The notes under the pieces are model-generated. The model worked only from the letters and a program-made list of their open reading frames with translations, was not told where the DNA came from and did not search any database. From the NCBI GenBank assembly GCA_963786255.1, contig CAWAYY010000042.1:35751-99750 (forward strand): a stretch of DNA of 64,000 nt, written 5' to 3'. The stretch comes from Pirellulales bacterium. GTDB lineage: Bacteria; Planctomycetota; Planctomycetia; Pirellulales; JAICIG01. Below are positions 31,463 through 40,171 of the stretch, in pieces; the stretch's first letter is position 1, and every line of letters begins with the position of its first letter. Made by a program: the position numbers and the translations under genes.

Positions 31463-33259
31463 TTGTGTCAGGGACTGACCGTGGATGAACTCCGGCAGTT
31501 GATCAATGCGCTGCGCGGCGTCGAAGTGGCGGCCGGCCAGCCCATATTCCGCCAGGGCGAGACCGGCCGCAGCATGTACGTGATTGCCGAGGGACGCGTC
31601 CGCGTGACCCTCTCGCAACCCAACGCTCCCGAGCGGCTGCTGGAATATCTGGGCCCGGGCGATCATTTTGGAGACATGGCGCTGCTGGCCGACAACATTC
31701 GGCCCGCTACCATCACGGCCGTGGTCGACACCCGGTTGATGGAATTGGACCAGGACGGATTCAACCGGCTACTGCTCCGCGTTCCCGGCTTTGCAGCCAA
31801 TCTCAGCCGGGCGTTGGTCCGCCGGTTGCATCTCGAGATGTCTCGCGAGCGGCGTCGAGAACGGCCGACCGTGATTGGCCTGGTCAATTCGTCGCAGCGC
31901 ACGCGAGGCGTGATTCGCCCGCTGGCCGAGGCCTTGGTCGCCCACCATGAATCGATCGAGGTGCTGACCGACCGCAACGAGCCTTGGCACGCGGAAGGGA
32001 GGTATCTCGTCGAGCGAATACCGTCCCTGGACGACAGCGAACAGCGAATTCGGCTGGTGCGCGAGCGGATCCAGCAAGTCAGCGGCGCTCACGACCGCGT
32101 GCTGCTGGAATTGACGCAAGCGGGTCTCGAAACCGATCTGCCCCGACTGCTGGCGCCGTGCGAGGAGATCTGGTGGCTGGTCGAATCGAGGTTCGCCGAA
32201 GGATCGACGGATCGGCTGCGAAAGCTGCTCGATGTGGCGCCTCAATTGGCGCCGCGCGTCCATCTGGTCTGGGTGCTCAGCTCCAGCGAGCGGTTTTCGC
32301 CCCGGGCGCCGGCCGATTTAATGCTTTCAACGCTCGACTTCAAGATCACGCTTCGGGACGACGGCGGGCACGGCTCGTGGCGAAGCCGGCAATCGATTCA
32401 GCGACTGGTGCGGCACCTGCGCGGCACGCGATTAGGCGTGGCGCTCAGCGGCGGCGGGGCCCGCGGACTGGCCCATCTCGGCGTGCTGCGAGCATTGGAC
32501 CGCGCAGGCATCCACTTCGATCTGGCGGCCGGGGCCAGCAGCGGCGCCTTAATGGGGCTGGCCTATTGCGGCGGTTGGCGGCCCGACGACGCCCTGGAAG
32601 AGTTTCGCCGGATGCTGGCGCCGCCGCGCTTGATGCGGCTCTTGCCAAGCGGCGCCCGATGGTATTTGGGGTGGAAGTATTGGCGCGGCGCCTGGGACGC
32701 CATGCTCCGCCCCTACCTGCAGGAAACCCGGCTGGAGCAGCTCGCCATACCGCTGTACGTGCTCGCCGTCGATTTGGTGTCAGGCAAGGAGGTCGTCCGC
32801 GAACGAGGCGATTGTATTCACGCGGTGATGGAGAGCATCAATCTGCCGTATTTCTCGCACCCCATCCGCCGCGATCAGATGGAGTTAGTCGATGGCGGCG
32901 TGCTCAACAACCTGCCGGGCGACGTGCTGCCTGAACGAGGCGCCGACTTTGTGGTTGGGATCGACGTGAACTCGAAACTGCCAACGGATTTTGGCGTCGG
33001 CGGCGCTCCGCCTGACAGGGCTCGGACTCCTGGCGTGCTGGAAACGCTGCTGCGAGTGACAGAGGTGCAGGCCTTCGGGTTGACGGCCCTGCGGGCCCAC
33101 TCGATCGATTTGCTGATCGCCCCCGACACGTCGAAATTTCAGTTTGGCGATTTCCGTCACGCGACGGAATTGGCGGCCGCCGGAGAAGCGGCCGCCGAAG
33201 AGGTATTGCCGCAGTTGAAGCAAATGCTGGCAAACTTGCAGAGCGCCGGCCGCCGCTGA
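31463..33259 (+). CDS. cyclic-nucleotide-binding domain / patatin-like phospholipase fusion protein
   Basis: cNMP-binding part: FRQGETGRSMYVIAEGRVRV...GPGDHFGDMALL. Patatin part: GVALSGGGARGLAHLGVLRAL...AGASSGALMG and DGGVLNNLP. The TTG at 31463 is the track start; the true start may lie upstream (the in-frame reading LPIQQLLRHSPL precedes it). Confidence 0.8.
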   Translation: MCQGLTVDELRQLINALRGVEVAAGQPIFRQGETGRSMYVIAEGRVRVTLSQPNAPERLLEYLGPGDHFGDMALLADNIRPATITAVVDTRLMELDQDGFNRLLLRVPGFAANLSRALVRRLHLEMSRERRRERPTVIGLVNSSQRTRGVIRPLAEALVAHHESIEVLTDRNEPWHAEGRYLVERIPSLDDSEQRIRLVRERIQQVSGAHDRVLLELTQAGLETDLPRLLAPCEEIWWLVESRFAEGSTDRLRKLLDVAPQLAPRVHLVWVLSSSERFSPRAPADLMLSTLDFKITLRDDGGHGSWRSRQSIQRLVRHLRGTRLGVALSGGGARGLAHLGVLRALDRAGIHFDLAAGASSGALMGLAYCGGWRPDDALEEFRRMLAPPRLMRLLPSGARWYLGWKYWRGAWDAMLRPYLQETRLEQLAIPLYVLAVDLVSGKEVVRERGDCIHAVMESINLPYFSHPIRRDQMELVDGGVLNNLPGDVLPERGADFVVGIDVNSKLPTDFGVGGAPPDRARTPGVLETLLRVTEVQAFGLTALRAHSIDLLIAPDTSKFQFGDFRHATELAAAGEAAAEEVLPQLKQMLANLQSAGRR

Positions 33260-33300
33260 ACGCCGGTTGGCGATCAGCGACGGGGGTGAGTCGCGAAAAG

Positions 33301-33375
33301 TGACCCCGACGGGATTTGAACCCGTGTCGCAGGCGTGAAAGGCCTGTGTCCTAGACCAGGCTAGACGACGGGGCC
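33301..33375 (-). tRNA. tRNA-Glu(UUC): tRNA-Glu (anticodon UUC)
   Basis: The minus strand reads GGCCCCGTCGTCTAGCCTGGTCTAGGACACAGGCCTTTCACGCCTGCGACACGGGTTCAAATCCCGTCGGGGTCA. It has a 7-bp acceptor stem (one G-U), anticodon loop CTTTCAC and T-arm GGGTTCAAATCCC. CCA is not encoded. Confidence 0.9.
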
Positions 33376-33658
33376 AGAGTGAAGCGAAGGCTTACGGCCA
33401 GACCGGTGTATACTTGCCCGAGCGCCCTTTCGTCAAGGGCCGTTGATTTGCGTTGCCGGAATTCCGCAGCCCCAAACAGACTGCGTCGAGACCGCTGCCG
33501 CGGTCTTCGCGCGAGGCGGTTCAGGCAAAGGTCGCTTCAATGCCGCAAGCAAACACGCTCGGGAGCTGTTCAAGTCGCCCCAGAAGTCTTTGCTTGCAAT
33601 GGCTCATGCCCGGCATGCCAACAACCGCCAGGCAACCGTTGAGATGAGAGAGAGGTGA

Positions 33659-33895
33659 TTACGCTTCGCCGGCGTCAGTGCTCGTAGGAGTCTTTCCCTC
33701 TTCGGGAGCAGCGACTTCCGCCGCGCCATTGCTGGCGCGATGGATCGCTTCGTAGACTTCTCGCCGATGCACGGGAACTTCCTTAGGGGCTTCGACCCCC
33801 AGGCGGACCTTGTCGCCGCGAATTTCGACAACAACGATCGTAATGTCGTTGTTGATCACGATACTCTCGTTTTTCTTGCGAGATAAAACCAACAT
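33659..33895 (-). CDS. csrA: carbon storage regulator CsrA (with a 25-aa or so acidic C-terminal tail)
   Basis: The ATG at 33895 gives MLVLSRKKNESIVINNDITIVVVEIRGDKVRLGVEAPKEVPVHRREVYEAI, a full-length family match. Confidence 0.9.
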   Translation of the reverse strand: MLVLSRKKNESIVINNDITIVVVEIRGDKVRLGVEAPKEVPVHRREVYEAIHRASNGAAEVAAPEEGKTPTSTDAGEA

Positions 33896-33950
33896 CGCCA
33901 ATTCCTTCGCTTCGTGACCGGAACCTTCCTTAGGGAGCGTCCTCCTTGGA
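33896..33950 (-). promoter_or_regulatory. csrA leader carrying several GGA motifs (candidate autoregulatory CsrA sites, one overlapping the SD)
   Basis: The minus strand reads CCAAGGAGGACGCTCCCTAAGGAAGGTTCCGGTCACGAAGCGAAGGAATTGGCG-ATG. Confidence 0.4.
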
Positions 33951-34516
33951 CCTGGGGGGCGAGCCAGTGGTCAGTTGCATTTTCCGCAACACTCGTCTCT
34001 ACGCCGAAGCCGATGCTACGTCACACGTCGAGTGCGCAGGAAGTTTCCTCATTTCACTTTACGTGCCCGCTTAGCAGAGTCAAGGTAACCACGAGTCGCG
34101 GCCCGGCATTTTTACGGAAGATTGGCGCCGAAGTTCGCCAGGCCGCAAATTTACGTCTGTCTGGGATGTTCACCGCCGGCGCAATCGCGTCGCCGACCAA
34201 ATAACACAACCAGCTACCCACAAAAGAGTTACACGATGCATCGCAGCATGTTTTCCGGCACAACCCGCCAAGACGGCGACAGAAGCCGGCCGTGGCACTC
34301 GGCGGCAGTACCACCCGAACGACTTACATTCGCTAAGCGAGACTTTTTCAGCTCGCCTAGCTGGACGCGCCAAGAAACGGGAAAAATATGATCATGCTGG
34401 CCGGGCCGAACCTCGGACGACACACGAGGCATTCTCGGCGGCGCAAGCGGCGAGACAGCGTCCAGGGCGTCGGATTATCATTCTTTGTCATCAGCGCGCG
34501 AATCGCGGCAGCCGAC

Positions 34517-34544
34517 TTGCGGCCCAGGGCGCCCTGCCTATAAT
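34517..34544 (+). promoter_or_regulatory. candidate sigma70-like promoter upstream of nuoI
   Basis: TTGCGG (34517-34522), a 16-nt spacer, then a perfect TATAAT (34539-34544), about 135 nt before the nuoI ATG. This is pattern match only. Confidence 0.25.
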
Positions 34545-34679
34545 TCGGTTGAGGCCGCCGCCCATGTGCGTGCGCCGCTGACATGGACGAACAGATCCAG
34601 GGGCCAGCTCAACATCAAGGGGCCGACTCAACAAACCTGTTCGACTTCTCACGCAACTTTCTAGCCTGGATTGCACCCT

Positions 34680-35207
34680 ATGTGGCAGTGGTTTCGGGAT
34701 ATTTTCGATGCCGTGAAAACGGTCGCCCAAGGCATGGGCGTGACCTTGCGTTACTGGCTCAAGACTTATGATCCTGAGCGCAAGACGTTCACGGAGCACT
34801 TTGAGTATCCTGAGTTGCCCGTGCCCGTCGCTCCGCGCTACCGGGGTTTTCATCGTTACGATCTGACCACGTGCATTGCCTGCGACCAGTGTGCGAAGGC
34901 GTGCCCCGTCGATTGCATTTACATCGGCAAGGAACGCGTCACGCATGGCAAGGGCTTCAAGGTGACCGGCTTTACGATCGACTACACCAAGTGCATGTTT
35001 TGCGCACTGTGCGTCGATCCGTGTCCGGTCGATTGCATTTTCATGGGGGCGACGCACGACCTGAGTTGCTACAGTCGCGACGGATGCATTGTCGATTTCT
35101 CCCGGCTCCCGGTCGACGTGGCTTGGGGGCGGGCGACGCTGAATCCGACGGCCGTGGCTAGTTCCAAAGTTCTGGTCGAGCCGGTGCACGGCGGGCCCAA
35201 TCAGTGA
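34680..35207 (+). CDS. nuoI: NADH-quinone oxidoreductase subunit I (2x[4Fe-4S])
   Basis: MWQWFRDIFDAVKTVAQGMGVTLRYW...RYRG.H......CIACDQCAKACPVDCI...CMFCALCVDPCPVDCI. The track start TTG at 34671 is an alternative. Confidence 0.85.
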   Translation: MWQWFRDIFDAVKTVAQGMGVTLRYWLKTYDPERKTFTEHFEYPELPVPVAPRYRGFHRYDLTTCIACDQCAKACPVDCIYIGKERVTHGKGFKVTGFTIDYTKCMFCALCVDPCPVDCIFMGATHDLSCYSRDGCIVDFSRLPVDVAWGRATLNPTAVASSKVLVEPVHGGPNQ

Positions 35208-35217
35208 GGTGCCGAAC

Positions 35218-35691
35218 ATGACGGCCAATTCCTGGGGAAAGCGAAAGCTGTTTACCGTGGAGCAGGCGAACGCCGCGTTGCCCTTGGTGCGGGCGATCGC
35301 CACCGACCTGGCGAGCCTGTCTCGCGACGTCATCGAACGTCGAGAGAGACTGTCGCTCCTGCTCGCCGGCCGCGAACGAGGCGCCCGCGACCTGTACGGC
35401 GAGGAACTGGCGCAGGTCGAGCAAGAGCTGGAGAAGGACAGCGAGCGATTGCAGGAATACGTGGAAGAACTCCGCGAACTGGGAGCCGAACCCAAGAACG
35501 GCCCTGAAGGCCTGGTCGATTTTCCTGCGATGATGGATGGCCGGCCCGTCTATCTTTGCTGGAAGCTGGGCGAGCCTGAGGTGCTGCACTGGCACGACCT
35601 GGACGCGGGCTTCCGCGGCCGTCAGTCGCTGGCCGCCGCCAGTTCCGTTCGCGAAGACGCCGAAGAATCGCCCGACTTCGAAGCAGAATAG
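35218..35691 (+). CDS. DUF2203 domain protein
   Basis: KLFTVEQANAALPLVRAI...coiled coil...GLVDFPAMMDGRPVYLCWKLGEPEVLHWHDLDAGFRGRQSL. It starts about 10 nt after the nuoI stop (GTG 35209 or ATG 35218). Confidence 0.65.
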   Translation: MTANSWGKRKLFTVEQANAALPLVRAIATDLASLSRDVIERRERLSLLLAGRERGARDLYGEELAQVEQELEKDSERLQEYVEELRELGAEPKNGPEGLVDFPAMMDGRPVYLCWKLGEPEVLHWHDLDAGFRGRQSLAAASSVREDAEESPDFEAE

Positions 35692-35970
35692 CTCGGAGAG
35701 GCGGCGCCTTCCAATCAGCCCGTGCAGTTCCGGCGGAACGATCCGCTTGAGTTGAACCGCCTTCTCGCGGCAATGCTCAAACTGAAAACCATCGGTCGCT
35801 GCGGCTCTCGCAGTCGAGCCGTTCGCATGGTCGCGAAGCCTGCCTTCGAAAGTCTTGCCGCATGCGCCTGTTCGCCGCCGTGCGGAGACGCACTGAGCCG
35901 CCGCGATGCAATGCGGTTTTCGCGAAGAATTTCACCTTAAATCGCCTTGACAGCCCTTTGTTTCGTAGGG

Positions 35971-35998
35971 TTGCATTCGCCACTCGTTGGCCTACAAT
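35971..35998 (+). promoter_or_regulatory. candidate sigma70-like promoter upstream of nuoA
   Basis: TTGCAT (35971-35976), a 16-nt spacer, then TACAAT (35993-35998). A second TTGACA lies at 35947-35952. This is pattern match only. Confidence 0.3.
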
Positions 35999-36084
35999 GT
36001 CGCGAATGTAGTCGCCGCACGATGGCTTCCTGATGCGTTGTCGGCGGCATTCGTCGGACGATTGTCTCAACCTGGCAGTCTTGC

Positions 36085-36708
36085 ATGTCCCCCACCGTGA
36101 TCGTCGCCTATCTGGCGTTGTTTGCCTCCGTCGGCTTCGTGTTCTTGTTCGTAAACCTGCTGGTCGGCAAGTTTTTGCGACCAAAGGCGCCCAATCCGGA
36201 AAAGCTGGCCGTCTACGAATGCGGCGAGCCGACGATCGGCTCGAGCTTCGTGCAGTTCGACCTGCGATTCTATGTCGTCGCGCTGCTCTTCATCATTTTC
36301 GATGTCGAAGTCGCGTTCTTCTTTCCCTGGGCCACCGTTTTCGGCAAGGCCACGCACCTGATGGATCCCAACTTCGCCAAGGTTCAGTCTGCAGTCTCGG
36401 GCGAGGTATTGCTGACTCCTCAGGCGGCGCAGATCTTGAGCGAGTTGGGCGTGCCGAATCCGACCGTGCCTGACCCCGGGGCGGGCCGCATCGCCAATGA
36501 GCAAGCGCTCGAGAAAATGGCGGGCAACCTGGCATTGGCGTCGATCTTCGACATTGTCGTGTTCTTTGTCGTGTTGATGGTCGGCTTTGCATACGTCTGG
36601 AGGCGTGGCGATCTGGATTGGGTCCGGGCCGTCAGTCAGGAGCGGGCCCTGCGAGTGCGGGGCGAGCCGCCGACGATCGTCGAAGAACCGCCGGTGCTGG
36701 TCGCATAG
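36085..36708 (+). CDS. nuoA: NADH-quinone oxidoreductase subunit A (207 aa, with a roughly 85-aa insertion before the last TM helix)
   Basis: YECGEPTIGSSFVQFDLRFYVVALLFIIFDVEVAFFFPWA, an insertion, then ASIFDIVVFFVVLMVGFAYVWRRGDLDW. Confidence 0.85.
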   Translation: MSPTVIVAYLALFASVGFVFLFVNLLVGKFLRPKAPNPEKLAVYECGEPTIGSSFVQFDLRFYVVALLFIIFDVEVAFFFPWATVFGKATHLMDPNFAKVQSAVSGEVLLTPQAAQILSELGVPNPTVPDPGAGRIANEQALEKMAGNLALASIFDIVVFFVVLMVGFAYVWRRGDLDWVRAVSQERALRVRGEPPTIVEEPPVLVA

Positions 36709-36866
36709 ATCAGATGGCACGAATTGTTGGCCGGCATGAGCCGCCGGCCGGCAAAGCGTCGCTGGCGGCAGCTCGGCATGCCGGCCAGACCGGAGACTTG
36801 CCAGCATTTGAGATTTCATCGCCGAACAGTTTGCACTCTTCGCAGCAGAGCCTGGGAAAACTTTTG

Positions 36867-37397
36867 ATGAGCGGTCAAGCGTTTCTGGATAGCCTCAAAA
36901 AGAAGTTCGGCGACAAAATTACTGGCGCCTGCCTCGATGCAATCGACCCGTGGATCGAAGTCTCGCCCGATGGCCTGATCGAGGTCTGTCTTTATCTGCG
37001 AGACGACCCGAAACTCCGCTTCAATTTCTTGAGCTGCATTAGCGGCGTCGACTACTTCGAAGCCGATCCCAAGAAAGCCGCCAAGACGGGCTGGGAGCCG
37101 CACACGGAAGTGGTCTACCACCTCTGGAGCTTGCCGAACAAGGCGAGCCTGGTGCTGAAGGTCATGCTGCCTCGCTGGCGAGACGACGTGCCGGGCGAGT
37201 TGCCGGAGCTGCCTTCCGTCAGCGGCATCTGGGGGACGGCCGACTGGCACGAACGCGAGGTCTTCGATCTGTCCGGGGTGTACTTCACCGGGCGCCCGAA
37301 CCTGCGGCGAATCCTCTGCCCGGAAGATTGGGTCGGCCATCCGCTGCGGAAAGACTATGAAATGCCGCTCGAGTACCACGGGATTCGCGGCAAGTAG
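36867..37397 (+). CDS. nuoC: NADH-quinone oxidoreductase subunit C
   Basis: The ATG at 36867 gives MSGQAFLDSLKKKFGDKI...LSCISGVDY...VVYHLWS...SVSGIWGTADWHEREVFDLSGVYFTGRPNLRRIL.PEDW.GHPLRKDY. Confidence 0.85.
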   Translation: MSGQAFLDSLKKKFGDKITGACLDAIDPWIEVSPDGLIEVCLYLRDDPKLRFNFLSCISGVDYFEADPKKAAKTGWEPHTEVVYHLWSLPNKASLVLKVMLPRWRDDVPGELPELPSVSGIWGTADWHEREVFDLSGVYFTGRPNLRRILCPEDWVGHPLRKDYEMPLEYHGIRGK

Positions 37398-37468
37398 GCG
37401 GCAGCGAGCTATACCACGACAAAACGAACGCCCTCGGCGGGTCGGCATAAACAGGAAAAGAGCATTCG

Positions 37469-38674
37469 ATGGCGACGCATTTGGAAGATCCCCGCATTGT
37501 CGAGTTCGACGTGCGGACCGACGAGATGCTGGTGAACATGGGGCCGCAGCACCCGAGTACGCACGGCGTGTTGCGGCTTGTGTTGCGGACCGACGGTGAA
37601 ATCGTCTCGGAAGTCACTCCGCATATCGGCTATCTCCATCGCTGTGCGGAAAAAATCGGCGAGAACCTGACGCCCAAGCAGTGGATCCCCTACACCGACC
37701 GGATGGACTATCTGGCCGGCATGAACATGAATCTCGGCTGGGCGCTGACCGTCGAGAAGTTGATGAAGCTCGAGTTGCCCGAAAAGGCCCGGCACCTGCG
37801 AGTCATCATCGCCGAGATGGGCCGAATCGCCAGTCACCTGGTGGGCATGGGCGCTTACGGGCTTGATCTGGGAACGTTCAGCCCTTTCTTGTACGCCTTT
37901 CGCGAGCGGGAAAAGATTCTCGACCTGTTCGAGATGGCCTGCGGCGCCCGCTTGACCTACAGCTATTTGACCGTCGGAGGCGCTACGCACGACCTGCCGC
38001 CCGGGTGGCTTAAGCAGTGCGAGAAGTTCCTCGATCAATTGTTGCCGATCATCGATGAATATCACGCGCTGTTGACCACCAATACCATCTTTGTGCGCCG
38101 CACCGCCGACATCGGCGTGCTCTCGCCCGAAATGGCGATCAGCTACGGTTGCACCGGCCCGGTGCTACGGGGCAGCGGCGTCGACTGGGACCTTCGCCGC
38201 GACGGCGAAGACCGCTACACGGAAATGTACGACGGCTACGCCTTCGAAGTGATTGTGCAGAAGGACGGCCGCTATCCTCAAGATCACAAGTATCCGCCGG
38301 TGCCCGAATCGGCCGTGCTGGGCGACTGCTGGCATCGGTTCTACGTGCGGATGCTGGAGGTGATGCAGTCGATCGACCTGGTCCGCCAGGCAATGGACCG
38401 CTACAGCACCGCCGAGGGCTCGCACAATGTGCCCTTGAAGCTGAACGAAAAGCTCCCCAAGGGCGAGGTTTACCTGGAAACCGAGGCCCCGCGCGGGCAG
38501 ATGGGCTTCTATCTTGTCAGTGACGGCTCGCCGATCCCCTGGCGGGCTCGGGCGCGTAGCAGTTGCTTCTGCAACCTGTCCGTGACCCACGAGATCTGTC
38601 GCGGCTGCCTGCTCGCAGACGTGCCGGCCGTTGTCGGTTCGCTCGACATCGTGATGGGCGAAATCGACCGCTAA
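37469..38674 (+). CDS. nuoD: NADH-quinone oxidoreductase subunit D
   Basis: 401 aa: MLVNMGPQHPSTHGVLRLVL..DGE.V....PHIGYLHRC.EK......W...IPYTDR.DY......N......VE...ETEAPRGQMGFYLVSDG...PWR.R.RS.CF.NL. Confidence 0.9.
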   Translation: MATHLEDPRIVEFDVRTDEMLVNMGPQHPSTHGVLRLVLRTDGEIVSEVTPHIGYLHRCAEKIGENLTPKQWIPYTDRMDYLAGMNMNLGWALTVEKLMKLELPEKARHLRVIIAEMGRIASHLVGMGAYGLDLGTFSPFLYAFREREKILDLFEMACGARLTYSYLTVGGATHDLPPGWLKQCEKFLDQLLPIIDEYHALLTTNTIFVRRTADIGVLSPEMAISYGCTGPVLRGSGVDWDLRRDGEDRYTEMYDGYAFEVIVQKDGRYPQDHKYPPVPESAVLGDCWHRFYVRMLEVMQSIDLVRQAMDRYSTAEGSHNVPLKLNEKLPKGEVYLETEAPRGQMGFYLVSDGSPIPWRARARSSCFCNLSVTHEICRGCLLADVPAVVGSLDIVMGEIDR

Positions 38675-38897
38675 GCGCGCCTCATTTCGGACGTTTGCGC
38701 CGGGAGACAAAAAGTATCTGAGGGGCTTGTAAATCGACAAACCTTTGTGCCATATTTCACAATCCTTCGAGCGGACCTTGATCAGCATGCCCGAATTGTC
38801 CTGAGCGAGCGACTCGCTGAGGACCTCATGGAAGAATCTCGGGTGCAAAAGCCGGTGTTCCGGCGAGAGTTTCATCAACCCAACGGCGGGCCGACGC

Positions 38898-40169
38898 GTG
38901 GCTGAGTTTTTTGCCCAATATGTACCGCAATGGCTGGCGTATTTGCTGGCCGCGCTGGTGCACTGTGCGCTGCTGATCCAGGTCGTCGCAGTCGGCGCCC
39001 TGGTGTTCATCTGGATGGAACGGAAGATCGCCGGCCGCATCCAGGATCGCTTGGGACCGACCCGCGTCGGCGGCAAGTTCGGCTGGCTGCAGACGCTGGC
39101 CGACGGCCTGAAGCTGATCACCAAAGAAGACCTGATGCCCGAAGGCGCCGACGGATTGCTGTTCCGGCTGGCGCCTTACATCAGCTTCTGCGCCTCGTTT
39201 GCGGCCTTCCTGGCTTTGCCGTTCAGCGACGGCTGGGTGGCCGTCGACCTGAACGTGGGCGTGTTCTTCATTCTGGCCGTGATGGGGCTGGAAGTCTTCG
39301 GCGTGATCCTGGCCGGCTATTCGTCCGCTTCGAAGTGGTCGCTGTTCGGCGGCATGCGAGAGGCGGCCCAGGTGGTCAGCTACGAAGTGCCGCTGGGCAT
39401 GTGCGTCGTGGTGCCGGTGTTGATCGCCGGCACGATGGACCTGGTCGAGATCGGCCGCATGCAGGAAGGCGTGTTCACCAATTGGCTCGTGTTTCACGAT
39501 CCCTTCACGTTCATCACGTTTTGGGTCTACTTCACTTGCGCCACGGCCAGCGTGAATCGGGCGCCGTTCGACCTGGCGGAAGCGGAAAGCGAACTGGTGG
39601 CCGGTTTTCACACCGAGTATTCCGGCTTGCGGTGGAGCTTCTTCTTCATGGCCGAGTACGGCTCGATGTTCGCCGTCAGCGGGCTGGCCGCCATCTTGTT
39701 CTTTGGCGGCTGGAACGGCCCGTTGCCGATTGCCTCTTGGCTCGGCCTGACGCACGCCAATGGACCGGTGCTGGGCTATCTGGGCAACTTCCTTGGCATG
39801 TTGAACTTCATCTTTAAGTGTTGCTTGTGGGTGACGTTCATGATGTGGGTTCGCTGGACGTTGCCCCGCTTGCGCATCGATCAGGTGATGAAAACCTGCT
39901 TGAAATACTGCACGCCGATCGCCGCCGTGATGTTCCTCGGCGCCGTCGGCTGGACGTATTGCCTGCCTGGCGGCTTGACCGGGCTCCGCAAGCCGTACGG
40001 CCAGCGCTACGTGGTCGAGACGGCGACTCCGCCGGCCGCAGCCGAAGCGTCGCCGGCTGAGCCGGAAGAAGAAAATGAGGAGGCCAGGACGGCGGCAACG
40101 CGATCGCCGGCCGGCCTGACGGTGGCACAACATACTCGCGGCGAAGTGCGGCAACGAGGGGGTCGTTAA
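38898..40169 (+). CDS. nuoH: NADH-quinone oxidoreductase subunit H (with a roughly 70-aa charged C-terminal extension)
   Basis: A GTG start gives ...ERKIAGRIQDRLGPTRVG..G.LQ..ADG.KL..KED.........DL.EAESELVAGFHTEYSG.RWSFFFMAEY. Confidence 0.85.
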   Translation: MAEFFAQYVPQWLAYLLAALVHCALLIQVVAVGALVFIWMERKIAGRIQDRLGPTRVGGKFGWLQTLADGLKLITKEDLMPEGADGLLFRLAPYISFCASFAAFLALPFSDGWVAVDLNVGVFFILAVMGLEVFGVILAGYSSASKWSLFGGMREAAQVVSYEVPLGMCVVVPVLIAGTMDLVEIGRMQEGVFTNWLVFHDPFTFITFWVYFTCATASVNRAPFDLAEAESELVAGFHTEYSGLRWSFFFMAEYGSMFAVSGLAAILFFGGWNGPLPIASWLGLTHANGPVLGYLGNFLGMLNFIFKCCLWVTFMMWVRWTLPRLRIDQVMKTCLKYCTPIAAVMFLGAVGWTYCLPGGLTGLRKPYGQRYVVETATPPAAAEASPAEPEEENEEARTAATRSPAGLTVAQHTRGEVRQRGGR

Positions 40170-40171
40170 GC

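Noticed and set aside
33260-33660. Integration hotspot or mobile element next to tRNA-Glu
   Set aside because: There is no integrase, no direct repeat of the tRNA 3' end and no foreign-looking genes. The flanks are housekeeping (patatin, csrA).
34491-35495. 334-aa minus-strand ORF
   Set aside because: It is antisense to nuoI and DUF2203, which have clear family signatures, and its translation is low-complexity Ser/Arg.
36709-36866. Possible nuoB remnant between nuoA and nuoC
   Set aside because: The gap is only 158 nt and no NuoB-like Cys motifs appear in any frame. The gene is simply not here.
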